DNA of 64,000 nt from Actinomycetota bacterium (GTDB taxonomy: Bacteria; Actinomycetota; UBA4738): the NCBI GenBank assembly GCA_046726275.1, contig JBKPAF010000054.1, forward strand, positions 471-64,470, in the 5' to 3' direction. This document shows, piece by piece, positions 7,957 through 17,143 of this stretch (positions within the stretch are counted from its first letter, which is position 1; each line of letters begins with the position of its first letter). The translations under genes and the position numbers were made by a program. The notes below the pieces were generated by a model. The model was given only the letters and a program-made list of their open reading frames with translations, had not been told where the DNA came from and ran no database searches.

Positions 7957-9966
7957 ATGCCTCACGAGAAAAGCGCCCTCACGCAGCAAGAACGTGCGTG
8001 CGGGGTCCCGCCGGCGGGCTTTGACCGGGAGCGTTACGTGACTGAGAAGAACAGGGTAGCCGCCGTTCTCGGCGACTCCAAGGTTCTGCGGTCGGGCCTG
8101 GCCGACGTGAGCCGGATCCGGGAGCGAACCCGGCGGCGCCGGCTGTACCGGGCCATCGTGATCCTCGGCTCCCTGGACCTGTACTTGTGGTTCCGGTGGG
8201 CATCGGGCAACCCCATCCAGCCGCCTCACCTGCCATCGGACTGGGGCATCTGGATGCCAATGGTCATCCTGATGCTCATCTTCGGCGTGGTGCTGCTCAT
8301 GCCGCTGATGAGCGGCAAGTCGCCTCACGTGATGATTCGTCCGGAACACATCGAGGTTGGCCTGTCCGACGTGAAGGGTCTGGACACCCAGGTCGACGAA
8401 GTGATCAGGTCCCTGAACGTCTTCCTCGGCTACGCCACTTTCCGGGAGGTCCTCGGGGGGAATCCTCGGCGCGGCATTCTCTTCGAGGGCCCCCCCGGAA
8501 CGGGCAAGACGTATCTGGCGAAGGCCATGGCGAAACAGGCAGGCGTGCCGTTCCTCTTCGTCTCAGCTCCGGCTTTCCAGTCCATGTGGTTCGGCATGAC
8601 GAACGTCCGTATCCGCTCGTTCTTCAAGGCGCTGCGCAAGGCTGCCCGTCGCGAGGGCGGGGCAATCGGCTTCATCGAGGAGATCGACGCCATCGGCACG
8701 GACCGGAGTGGACTGGGGATGCACGCCGTGCCTCCGTCCCTTGATCGGTCCGTTGCGCGGTTCGCGTCTCCGGGTACGGGAGGGATGGTCAACGAGCTCC
8801 TGATCCAGATGCAGTCGTTCGACCAGCCCCAATGGGGGCAACGGATCAAAGAACGATTCGTGAACTGGCTGAACGGCTACCTCCCCGAGGGGCGAACCAT
8901 CAAGGTCGGGAAGCCGAAGTACCACAACCTGTTACTGATCGCCGCGACGAACCGCGCGGACTCGCTCGACTCGGCGTTGCTCCGTCCCGGGCGTTTCGAC
9001 CGACGGCTCTACTTCGATCTCCCCACCAAGCAGGGCCGCCGCGACCTGATCGACTTCTTCCTCGAGCGCAAGGCCCATCACGAGCTGCTGGATGAGGACG
9101 GCGCCCGGGAGCGGATGGCCCACGACACCCTCGGCTATACGCCGGTGATGATCGAGCACCTCCTGGACGAAGCTCTCCTCGTGGCGCTGCGGGACGGCCG
9201 GGACGGCATGGGCATCTCGGACATCTACGAGGCCAAGTTGACGGAGGAGATCGGCCTGGCCCAGCGCGTCCTGTACACGGAGGCCGAGCGGCGGGCGGTG
9301 GCCACCCACGAGGCCGGCCATGCCGTGGCCGCCCACCTCCTGGGCAAGACCAGGAGGTTGGAGGTCCTCTCCATCATCAAGCGCCGGACGGCGCTTGGGC
9401 TCCTCGCCCATAGCGAGCTGGAAGAGCGCTTCACGCGGTCCCGGTCAGAGCTCGAGGCGCTGATCGCCATCGCCCTCGGCGGGATGGCGGCGGAGGAGGT
9501 CTTCCTGGGGGAGACGGGAACCGGCCCGGGGTCCGATCTCGCCAGCGCCACCGAGGTCGCCGCGATGATGGTGGGCGCCCTGGGCATGGGCGGGTCGCTG
9601 ATCTCCTACGAAGCCGTGGCCGAAGGCCTGGCCTCGCGGTCGAACCTGGTGGGCAAGGTGCTCGCCGATCGGGACACCAAGGCCAGGGTCGAAGCGCTCC
9701 TGGATGCGCAGAAGGAGCGGATCCGAGGCGTGCTGGAGGAGAACCGGGACCTGGTCGAGGCGCTGCGCGACGCGCTGATCGCCCGGGACGAGCTGGTGGG
9801 TGAAGAGATCGTCCAGGTCATCCACCAGGCGTTGGCCCAGCGGGCGGGCTACTCGCCGAACGGCGGTCCCGGGGCGGACGCGTCGGACACGCTCATCGTG
9901 TTGCCGAACGGGTCCGATGACGCCGCGCTCCCCGAACAGGCCGGCGACGCCCCGCCGAACGAGTAG
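7957..9966 (+). CDS. Divergent FtsH-family AAA+ zinc metalloprotease (paralogue)
   Basis: Track ORF of 669 aa with two N-terminal TM helices. Motifs: Walker A GPPGTGKT, Walker B GFIEEIDAIG, LLRPGRFDR, zinc motif HEAGHAV. It deviates from canonical FtsH around SAPAFQSMWFGMTNVRIRSFF and has a roughly 45-aa insert before LLLIAATNR. Confidence 0.85.
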   Translation: MPHEKSALTQQERACGVPPAGFDRERYVTEKNRVAAVLGDSKVLRSGLADVSRIRERTRRRRLYRAIVILGSLDLYLWFRWASGNPIQPPHLPSDWGIWMPMVILMLIFGVVLLMPLMSGKSPHVMIRPEHIEVGLSDVKGLDTQVDEVIRSLNVFLGYATFREVLGGNPRRGILFEGPPGTGKTYLAKAMAKQAGVPFLFVSAPAFQSMWFGMTNVRIRSFFKALRKAARREGGAIGFIEEIDAIGTDRSGLGMHAVPPSLDRSVARFASPGTGGMVNELLIQMQSFDQPQWGQRIKERFVNWLNGYLPEGRTIKVGKPKYHNLLLIAATNRADSLDSALLRPGRFDRRLYFDLPTKQGRRDLIDFFLERKAHHELLDEDGARERMAHDTLGYTPVMIEHLLDEALLVALRDGRDGMGISDIYEAKLTEEIGLAQRVLYTEAERRAVATHEAGHAVAAHLLGKTRRLEVLSIIKRRTALGLLAHSELEERFTRSRSELEALIAIALGGMAAEEVFLGETGTGPGSDLASATEVAAMMVGALGMGGSLISYEAVAEGLASRSNLVGKVLADRDTKARVEALLDAQKERIRGVLEENRDLVEALRDALIARDELVGEEIVQVIHQALAQRAGYSPNGGPGADASDTLIVLPNGSDDAALPEQAGDAPPNE

Positions 9967-10048
9967 CGTCCCCCTCGGCCCGCACCTCGGTCATCGTCCG
10001 CCCCCTCGTAGAATGGTGGAAGAACCACCTTCCTTCGAGGAGTTCGCC

Positions 10049-11233
10049 ATGACCGGATCGGTGATCGTCGACGGCGCCCGGACCCCCATCGGAAAGTTCG
10101 GAGGGGGGTTCAAGGACACACCGGCCGTCAAGCTCGGGGCCGCCGCCATCCGCGCCGCCCTCGAGCGAAGCGGCGTCGCCCCCGACCAGATCGACTACGT
10201 GATCATGGGCCAGGTCATCCAGGCTGGGGCGGGCCAGATCACCGCCCGCCAGGCAGCCATCGAGGCGGGCATTCCACGCGAAGTCCCGGCGATCACCATC
10301 AACAAGGTGTGCCTGTCGGGCCTGAACGCCATCGCCCTCGCCGACCAGTTGATCCGGGCGGGGGAGGTCGAGGTGGTCGTGGCGGGAGGAATGGAGGCGA
10401 TGTCCCAGGCTCCGTACATCATCCCTGCCGCCCGGTGGGGCGCGCGCATGGGGAACACCGAGATCGTCGACTCGATGATCTACGACGGACTGTGGTCGAC
10501 GTTCACCGACAAGCACATGGGCGATTCGTCGGACGACGTAAACAGCGAGCTGGAGATCGGCCGAGAGGAGCAGGACACCTGGGCCGCCCGCTCTCATAAG
10601 AGGGCCCACCAGGGCTGGACCTCGGGGAGGCTAGCCGAGGAGGTCGTCACGGTGGAGATCCCCCAGCGGAAGGGTGAGACGGTGGTCGTGTCCACCGACG
10701 AGGGGATCCGCCCAGACACGACGGTGGAATCGCTGGGCAAGCTCAAGCCGGCGTTCAAGCCCGACGGGACCATCACCGCGGGGAACGCCTCCCAGATCTC
10801 GGATGGAGGGGCGGCTGTCGTGGTGACGTCGGCGAAGAAGGCGGAGGAACTGGGGCTGTCGCCGATCGCCGAGATCGTCGCCCACGGGATGAGCGCCGAG
10901 CGCTATGCCTATCTACACACGGTACCGGCTCTGGCCATGCAGAACGCGTTGAAGAAGGCCGGCAAGGACGCCCACGACCTGGGACTGGTGGAGATCAACG
11001 AGGCTTTCGCCTCCGTCGCCCTGAACGCCACCCGGATGCTCGGTGTGGACGAGGAGATCGTCAACGTGAACGGTGGCGCGGTCGCCCTGGGGCACCCCAT
11101 CGGCATGAGCGGGTGCCGATTGGTCCTGACCCTCGCGTACGAGATGCGCCGGCGCGGCGTGGACCTTGGCGGGGCGGCCCTGTGTGGCGGTGGCGGCCAG
11201 GGCGACGCCCTGATCATCCGGCGGCCGGCCTGA
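10049..11233 (+). CDS. Acetyl-CoA C-acetyltransferase (thiolase II)
   Basis: In-frame ATG at 10049 within track ORF 9800..11233. Motifs: [20 protein letters not shown] (active Cys), [17 protein letters not shown]. Confidence 0.95.
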   Translation: MTGSVIVDGARTPIGKFGGGFKDTPAVKLGAAAIRAALERSGVAPDQIDYVIMGQVIQAGAGQITARQAAIEAGIPREVPAITINKVCLSGLNAIALADQLIRAGEVEVVVAGGMEAMSQAPYIIPAARWGARMGNTEIVDSMIYDGLWSTFTDKHMGDSSDDVNSELEIGREEQDTWAARSHKRAHQGWTSGRLAEEVVTVEIPQRKGETVVVSTDEGIRPDTTVESLGKLKPAFKPDGTITAGNASQISDGGAAVVVTSAKKAEELGLSPIAEIVAHGMSAERYAYLHTVPALAMQNALKKAGKDAHDLGLVEINEAFASVALNATRMLGVDEEIVNVNGGAVALGHPIGMSGCRLVLTLAYEMRRRGVDLGGAALCGGGGQGDALIIRRPA

Positions 11234-11240
11234 CGCCGGC

Positions 11241-12404
11241 GTGGCCGAGACTCCGTTCGCGCTGCCGGAAGAGCTCGAGGAGTTTCGCGGGCTCGTCCGG
11301 GAGATCGTGGAGGAACGGATCGGGCTCGCCCGAGCCGCCGAGATCGACGAGACCGATGAGTTCCCATGGGACGTCCACAAGCTCTTCGTCGAGAACGAGC
11401 TCATGGGCGTTGGATACCCGGAGGAGTTCGGAGGAGCCGGCGGTGGGTCGCTCACCATCGCCGTCCTGATCGAGGAGATCTCTCGTGTCTCGGCGGGCTG
11501 TGCGCTGATCCCGCTGGTCAGCCGCCTCGGCGCCATCCCCGTCATGCTGGCCGGCTCCGACGAGCTGAAGCACGAGCTGTTCGGCGGGATCACCAGGGGC
11601 GAGCACCAGATGTCCTACTGCCTGACCGAGCCGGACAGCGGCAGCGATTCGGTGGCCATGAAGTCGCGGTACGAGAAGACAGGCGGTGGATTCACGCTCA
11701 CCGGCACCAAGCGGTTCATCACGGGCGCCGGGGTCGCCGACGCGTATACCGTCTTCGCCACGAAGGACCCTGACCTCAAGGCCAAGGGCATCAGCGCCTT
11801 CGTCGTGTACACCGACGACCCAGGGGTCTCCTTCGGCAAAGCGGAGCACAAGCTCGGCATCCACGGCTCGCCGACCCGGGAGGTCTACCTGGAGAACACC
11901 GACATCCCGGCCGACCGGCTGATCGGGGATGAAGGCGAAGGGTTCACGTACGCCATGCGCACGTTGGATTACTCACGGCCGACCATCGCGGCGCAGGCGC
12001 TCGGGATCGCCCAGGGCGCGTTGGACTTCGCCGCCGGGTATGCCAACGAGCGCCAGCAGTTCGGCAAGCCCATCAGCCACTTCGAGGGGATCCAGTTCAT
12101 GCTGGCCGACATGGCGATGGAGATCGAGGCGGCCCGGCTCCTCGTGTACAGGGCTGCGTCGCTGGTCGACGCGAAGGACGTGCGGATGACCGAGTTCGCG
12201 TCCATGGCCAAGTGCTACGCAGGCGACGTGGCCATGAAGGTGACCACGGACGCCGTGCAGATCCTCGGCGGGTATGGATACATGCGGGAGTATCCGGTCG
12301 AGCGCATGATGCGCGACGCGAAGATCACCCAGATCTACGAGGGAACGAACCAGATCCAGCGCGTGGTCATCGCCCGGAATCTGCTCAAGCGCTACGGCGG
12401 CTGA
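11241..12404 (+). CDS. Acyl-CoA dehydrogenase (short/medium-chain type)
   Basis: Track ORF of 387 aa. Motifs: YCLTEPDSGSDS, GTKRFITG, VQILGGYGYMREYPVERMMRDAKITQIYEGTNQIQ. Confidence 0.9.
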   Translation: MAETPFALPEELEEFRGLVREIVEERIGLARAAEIDETDEFPWDVHKLFVENELMGVGYPEEFGGAGGGSLTIAVLIEEISRVSAGCALIPLVSRLGAIPVMLAGSDELKHELFGGITRGEHQMSYCLTEPDSGSDSVAMKSRYEKTGGGFTLTGTKRFITGAGVADAYTVFATKDPDLKAKGISAFVVYTDDPGVSFGKAEHKLGIHGSPTREVYLENTDIPADRLIGDEGEGFTYAMRTLDYSRPTIAAQALGIAQGALDFAAGYANERQQFGKPISHFEGIQFMLADMAMEIEAARLLVYRAASLVDAKDVRMTEFASMAKCYAGDVAMKVTTDAVQILGGYGYMREYPVERMMRDAKITQIYEGTNQIQRVVIARNLLKRYGG

Positions 12405-14053
12405 ACCTCGTACACCAGGACGTCGCCGGCCGGGGTCGGAGTTAGTCCGATCAGCGCAGTGAGGTCCTGCTCGAGCATGGATCCTCGATCCAGGATGATC
12501 GCCCGGATCTGGTGCGCCGTGAGGAACCTGTCGAACTCCGCCAATCCCACGTCGGGAACCCGTCCCTCGTACAGGGCCCGGAGGATCCTCGACTGCTCGA
12601 ACTCCGGTGGCGGGGGACCCATGTACGCGAGTGCCATCCGGAAGGGAAACTCCGTGCGGGCCTGGATGACCATGCTGATGGCCTGGGGGAAGCCGCTGGG
12701 AGCCTCTGTCGGCAGGATCAGCACGCTGTCGCCGGGCCGTATGAACCTCCGATAGGCGCCGTCCGCGAAGAACCTAGGCACGTCGGCCCGACCGTGCAGG
12801 TACTCCGGCGAGAAGTTCGGGAACAGGAAGACCGCCGCCACCAGCACCGCTGCCCACCTGAGCCGGGAGCGGACGGCGACGCTCAGCCAGATCGCCACCA
12901 CGACCGAGCAGATCAGGAAGATGTAGAGGGTGAACCGGCGTGGCGAGGCGTTGTTGATGACCGGCAGGGTCTGGACCGCACGCCAGGGCATCGGGATCGA
13001 CCGGTGGCCGGCCACGAACAATCTCGGACCGAGCGCGGCGATCACGAGGACGCCCAGTAGGGTCACGAGGAATCTCGTTCCCAGCTCTCTCCACCGCGTG
13101 ATCGCGAAATGAACCACGATGCCCAGCAGCGGGAGCCCGAGATACGCCGTGTTCTCGACCGACGTTCCGGGGAACGTCCGAGTGAGGTCGAAGAAGGTCC
13201 TCGAGCCGACCAGAGTGCGGAGCCTCGGAAGGACGAAGCTCAGGAGATCAGAACCGTCGAGGTCCCGGCGGGGAACTCCATACGCGAACGCGTACCAGAG
13301 CAACGGACTGACCACCGCAGCCGTCACCAGGAGGGACACGGCGATCAGCTTCGCCACGCTGAGGAGCTCCGACCGGCGCTCGGGTGGGCCGAGGACGATC
13401 GCCAGCGACAGGGCGAGCGCGCCGAAGAGCACGAAGGTGGCGAAGACCTCGGTCGAGGTGAGGAACTGGAAGACGAGGACCAGGGCGAGCAGAGCGACGA
13501 ACGCGCGCGGACCGAGGTCGCGGTTCGCGCGAAGCAGCACGAGATACACGGCGAGGGGGATCAGGAAGACCAGCTCGAGGTTGACGTGCAGGCCGAGGTG
13601 GCCGAGGTGGTACGTGGAGAACCCGAACAGGTAACCGCCGGCGACGGAGGGCCAGAAGGAGCCGGTGATCCGGCGGCACACGGCGAAGGCCGCCAGCCCC
13701 GAGAGCGGACAGGCGAGGAGGGCCAGGACGTTGTAGGCGACCACCGGGCCTGCGGTGAGCGTGATCGGAGCCATGAGGAGACTCGGCCCGGGAGCTCCCG
13801 TCGCCCACGCCAGGTTGTAGCCTTCCGGCGCCCACACGACGCTCGTCCAGATCGGGTTCAAGCCGTGGATGAGGGCGTGAGGCCACCACGCCATCGCCCA
13901 GAAGAAGAATCGAGGATCGGGATGGGCCGGCGGTCCGATGAACCTGTCGCCGGGCCCGGCCAGCACGGGCAGTCCGAACAGCACGATCGACGCGGCCAGG
14001 TACAGCCCGAGGGCTCCGATGGCCTCGAGACTCGAGGTCCGTGTGCTCCCCAT
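12392..14053 (-). CDS. Polytopic membrane protein, GT-C-fold-like (putative glycosyltransferase; family uncertain), paralogue 1
   Basis: Track ORF 12392..14083; the ATG at 14053 is preferred over the TTG at 14083. It has more than 10 hydrophobic helices in the N-terminal two thirds and a soluble C-terminal domain. The block WWPHALIHGLNP...WAPEGYNLAW...AYNVLALL...GGYLFGFSTY is shared with the next gene. Confidence 0.6.
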   Translation of the reverse strand: MGSTRTSSLEAIGALGLYLAASIVLFGLPVLAGPGDRFIGPPAHPDPRFFFWAMAWWPHALIHGLNPIWTSVVWAPEGYNLAWATGAPGPSLLMAPITLTAGPVVAYNVLALLACPLSGLAAFAVCRRITGSFWPSVAGGYLFGFSTYHLGHLGLHVNLELVFLIPLAVYLVLLRANRDLGPRAFVALLALVLVFQFLTSTEVFATFVLFGALALSLAIVLGPPERRSELLSVAKLIAVSLLVTAAVVSPLLWYAFAYGVPRRDLDGSDLLSFVLPRLRTLVGSRTFFDLTRTFPGTSVENTAYLGLPLLGIVVHFAITRWRELGTRFLVTLLGVLVIAALGPRLFVAGHRSIPMPWRAVQTLPVINNASPRRFTLYIFLICSVVVAIWLSVAVRSRLRWAAVLVAAVFLFPNFSPEYLHGRADVPRFFADGAYRRFIRPGDSVLILPTEAPSGFPQAISMVIQARTEFPFRMALAYMGPPPPEFEQSRILRALYEGRVPDVGLAEFDRFLTAHQIRAIILDRGSMLEQDLTALIGLTPTPAGDVLVYEVQPP

Positions 14054-14139
14054 CGCGGTCTCGCGATCCTTTGAAAAGTCCAACGGAAGGTTCGGGCGAG
14101 CCGCAGCCTATCAAGCGCCCGGCGCTGGCCCGCGTCCGA

Positions 14140-15969
14140 TCACTGGCAGGTGCGACCGAGGGCTTTCCGCGTCGGGTTGAACGGCTGGAGCTGGCGGTAG
14201 CGCGCAAGGAGCTCGTCGGGGACCCGGTAATAGAGGATCCCGCCCAACTCGACCGGGCGGACGGGGAGGGCGCCGAAGACCGCACGCCACGGGCCCACGG
14301 CGCGCGGATCGACCACGATGTTCGCCACGTCGAGATGACCGAGGAAGGCCCGAAGCTGTTCCTCGTATCCGGGGAGTACACGTTTCGAAAGAAACGTGGC
14401 GACTATCGCCCATCGCCGGTACGCGGGGGGAACCGCGCACGCGATGTACCCGCCGGCCATGGGGAAGGCCATGTCCGTTCGCGCCTGCCACAGCATGCTG
14501 TACCCGTTGCTGGCGAAGGGGATGACCAGGGTGTTGCGCCCGGGTTCGAGATACCCCCGATGAAGGTCGGTCGCAAAGAAGGCCGGTGTGTTCTCCTTCG
14601 CCCGCCACAGAGGGAGCACGAGGTTCGGCGTCAGGGCTGCCACGCACAGGCCCGCGACGGCCCACTTCCCCCACTTGGCCCAGGGCGCCCGGGCCGGAGC
14701 CGCCAGCCAGACCGCTGCGATGACGCCTACGACCAGCCAGGCATGGACCATGAATCGGGCCGGCAGGGCCATCCGCACGAGGGGAACGTGCGTGGTCACG
14801 GCCCACGGAAGAGGGATCTGCTCGGCCCCTGCCACGCGAACCACGGGTCCCAGGGACGCCAGGAGGATCAGGCCGAGCGAAGCGAGCAGCAGCTTGCCCA
14901 CAGGCGTCCGGATGCCTCGAACCGCGAACAGGCCCACCATGAGGAGAATGGGCCCGAGATAGGCGCCCTCTTCGCTGAGCCCCGCCGCGAATCGTCCGGC
15001 GAACCCCTCCGCGCCCGGCGGCCTCAGCAGGGCGGTACGGGTGGGGATCACCAGGTTCAGGAGGTCGGTCGTGTACTGGGAGTGCCATGTCCGGGGCACG
15101 TATCCCGATCCTCCGGCAAGTGCCAGGAGGAGTGGCGAGAGGGCCACGGCCGCGAGCAGGTACGAAAGCGCGACCCATCCCCCCGTCCGGGCGAGCCGGT
15201 CCCTCGCCTCAGGCAGGAGCACCATGGCCAACACGCCCACCAACCCTCCGAACAGGGTCATGGTGAACGCGATCTCCAAGGAGAACGAGTACTGGAGGGC
15301 GATCGTGCCGGCCAGCAGGAGCACGAACGGAAACGGCCGCAGCTTGCCCTCCATCCGCAGCACCATCAGGAACACCGCAAGCGGGACGGGGAAGATCAGG
15401 GCGAGGTTCAAGTGGGCGGTCATCTGGGCCAGCTCGTAGCTCGAAAATCCGAACAGGTATCCGCCGACGATCGACGGCCAGAACGACTTCGTCGCGTGGC
15501 GACACAGGAGGAAGGCGGCCCAACCGGCCAGAGCCGGTGCCAGGAGCATCCACACGTTGTACGCGGCGACGGGGCCCAGCCACGCCGTGAACGGCCAGGC
15601 GAGCAACGAGGCGCCGGGAACGGTGGTGGTCCATCCCAGATGCACGCCCTGCGGAGCCCAGATGAGGTGGCTCACGAGCGGGTTCAGGCCGTGGGTAAGG
15701 GCATGGGGCCACCACGTCAGGGACCACATGTACACGCTGGGGTCGGTGAAGCCGGTTCCGAGCCCGGGCCGACCCAGCCCGACGTAGCTGTGCCGAAAGT
15801 CGCGAAGGAGCGGGAGGCCGAAGAACAGCAGTGAGGTGAGCACGTACAGGCACAGGGCCGCCGCCGCATGGACGCCCGGCCGAACGGTCGTGGGAGCCGG
15901 CGAGCGGCCGCCCACGATCGGGCCCGACGAAAGACCCGGTGCCGGTGAATGCCCCGTCCTCGTCTTCAT
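14140..15969 (-). CDS. Polytopic membrane protein, GT-C-fold-like, paralogue 2
   Basis: Track ORF 14140..16029. The start is uncertain: ATG 15969 or GTG 16029. It shares WWPHALTHGLNP...WAPQGVHLGW...AYNVWMLL...GGYLFGFSSY with the preceding gene and has the same helix pattern. Confidence 0.6.
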   Translation of the reverse strand: MKTRTGHSPAPGLSSGPIVGGRSPAPTTVRPGVHAAAALCLYVLTSLLFFGLPLLRDFRHSYVGLGRPGLGTGFTDPSVYMWSLTWWPHALTHGLNPLVSHLIWAPQGVHLGWTTTVPGASLLAWPFTAWLGPVAAYNVWMLLAPALAGWAAFLLCRHATKSFWPSIVGGYLFGFSSYELAQMTAHLNLALIFPVPLAVFLMVLRMEGKLRPFPFVLLLAGTIALQYSFSLEIAFTMTLFGGLVGVLAMVLLPEARDRLARTGGWVALSYLLAAVALSPLLLALAGGSGYVPRTWHSQYTTDLLNLVIPTRTALLRPPGAEGFAGRFAAGLSEEGAYLGPILLMVGLFAVRGIRTPVGKLLLASLGLILLASLGPVVRVAGAEQIPLPWAVTTHVPLVRMALPARFMVHAWLVVGVIAAVWLAAPARAPWAKWGKWAVAGLCVAALTPNLVLPLWRAKENTPAFFATDLHRGYLEPGRNTLVIPFASNGYSMLWQARTDMAFPMAGGYIACAVPPAYRRWAIVATFLSKRVLPGYEEQLRAFLGHLDVANIVVDPRAVGPWRAVFGALPVRPVELGGILYYRVPDELLARYRQLQPFNPTRKALGRTCQ

Positions 15970-16052
15970 CGCTGCTGTCTTACCCCCAGCCGGCTCGAAG
16001 AGTTCCCTCTCTCGTGGAGATCGCGTCACCGTCGGTTGTATCGTCTGGCCCC

Positions 16053-16592
16053 ATGGATCGGGAAGCGGCCTCCGGCCCGCGGGAGTGGGACCTCACCCCG
16101 AAGCCGGCCCAGGCCTCGTCGGTCACCCTCATCCGCCAGATGGATCTCGTCACGGCGAATCTGCTCGGCAACGTGCATGGGGGAGAGATCATGAAGATGG
16201 TCGACACGGCCGGCGGTCTGGCCGCGATGAAGCACTGTGGGGGCCCGGTCGTGACGGTCGCCATGGACGAGATGTCCTTCATCGAGCCGGTGGTGGTGGG
16301 CGACGTGGTCACCGTCCGGGCCATGGTGAACGACGTAGGCAGGACCTCCCTGGAAGTGGGGGTTCGCGTGGAGACGGAGAACGTGGTGACGGGGCGTCAC
16401 CTCCACACCTCGAGCGCCTATCTGGTGTACGTCGCGCTGGACCCCGAGGGACGACCCCGTCCGGTCCCCCCGGTCATCGCCGAGGACGAGGAACAGCGTC
16501 AACGCCAGCGTGAGGCCAAGCTGCGGCGGGAGGCCCGGCTCGCCAGAAAGCAGGCCATCCTGGAGGCGCGACGGTCCAAGGGCGAGGCCTGA
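16053..16592 (+). CDS. Acyl-CoA thioesterase (hotdog fold, YciA/Acot-like)
   Basis: In-frame ATG at 16053 in track ORF 15939..16592. Motifs: ANLLGNVHGGEIMKMVDTAGG, VTVAMDEMSFIEPVVVGD, TSLEVGVRV. Confidence 0.85.
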   Translation: MDREAASGPREWDLTPKPAQASSVTLIRQMDLVTANLLGNVHGGEIMKMVDTAGGLAAMKHCGGPVVTVAMDEMSFIEPVVVGDVVTVRAMVNDVGRTSLEVGVRVETENVVTGRHLHTSSAYLVYVALDPEGRPRPVPPVIAEDEEQRQRQREAKLRREARLARKQAILEARRSKGEA

Positions 16593-16639
16593 GCTCGGCG
16601 CGAACGCCAGGTCCACGTCGAAGTCCCCCAGATGGCTGG

Positions 16640-16664
16640 AAATAGTTCGGGTGCCTAAATAGTT
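16640..16664. promoter_or_regulatory. AT-rich direct repeat AAATAGTT x2 immediately upstream of marR (candidate promoter/operator)
   Basis: ggAAATAGTTcgggtgcctAAATAGTTtg. The two 8-mers start 17 nt apart. This is the only AT-rich patch in the intergenic region, and it abuts the marR start. Confidence 0.3.
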
Positions 16665-16675
16665 TGTATGCTCGT

Positions 16676-17143
16676 ATGGTGCATCAAGCCGTCGCTCCCG
16701 CGGATCGACCGGTCGATCCAAACGAGTCCGTCCAGCTCGCCGCGACGTTGCGGTTGGCCATCATGCGGCTGGCCCGGAGACTCCGCCAGCTGGCGGACGC
16801 GGGGATCACACCCTCGATGCTTTCGGCGCTGTCCAGTGTGGAGCGCCTGGGGCCGCTCACGCTGGGTGAGCTGGCCGATGTGGAGAAGGTCCAGCCGCCC
16901 ACCATGACGCCGATCGTGGGCAGGTTGGAGGCAGACGGGCTCGTGAACAGGGAGATCGATCCCGGCGACCGCCGGGTCGCTCGGATCACGGCGAGCCGGA
17001 GGGGGAGACAACTCCTCGAACGGACCCGTTCCCGAAAGACGGCCTACCTTGCTCGTCGACTTCGCGCGCTCCCTCCCGAGGACCGGGAGGTGATCGGCCG
17101 GGCCGTGAAGATCCTCGAAGGCCTGGTGAGCGAGGAGGCATGA
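16676..17143 (+). CDS. MarR-family transcriptional regulator
   Basis: Track ORF 16664..17143; ATG 16676 is preferred. The winged-HTH segment LSALSSVERLGPLTLGELADVEKVQPPTMTPIVGRLEADGLVNREIDPGDRRV is typical of MarR. The stop overlaps the MFS start (ATGA). Confidence 0.85.
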   Translation: MVHQAVAPADRPVDPNESVQLAATLRLAIMRLARRLRQLADAGITPSMLSALSSVERLGPLTLGELADVEKVQPPTMTPIVGRLEADGLVNREIDPGDRRVARITASRRGRQLLERTRSRKTAYLARRLRALPPEDREVIGRAVKILEGLVSEEA

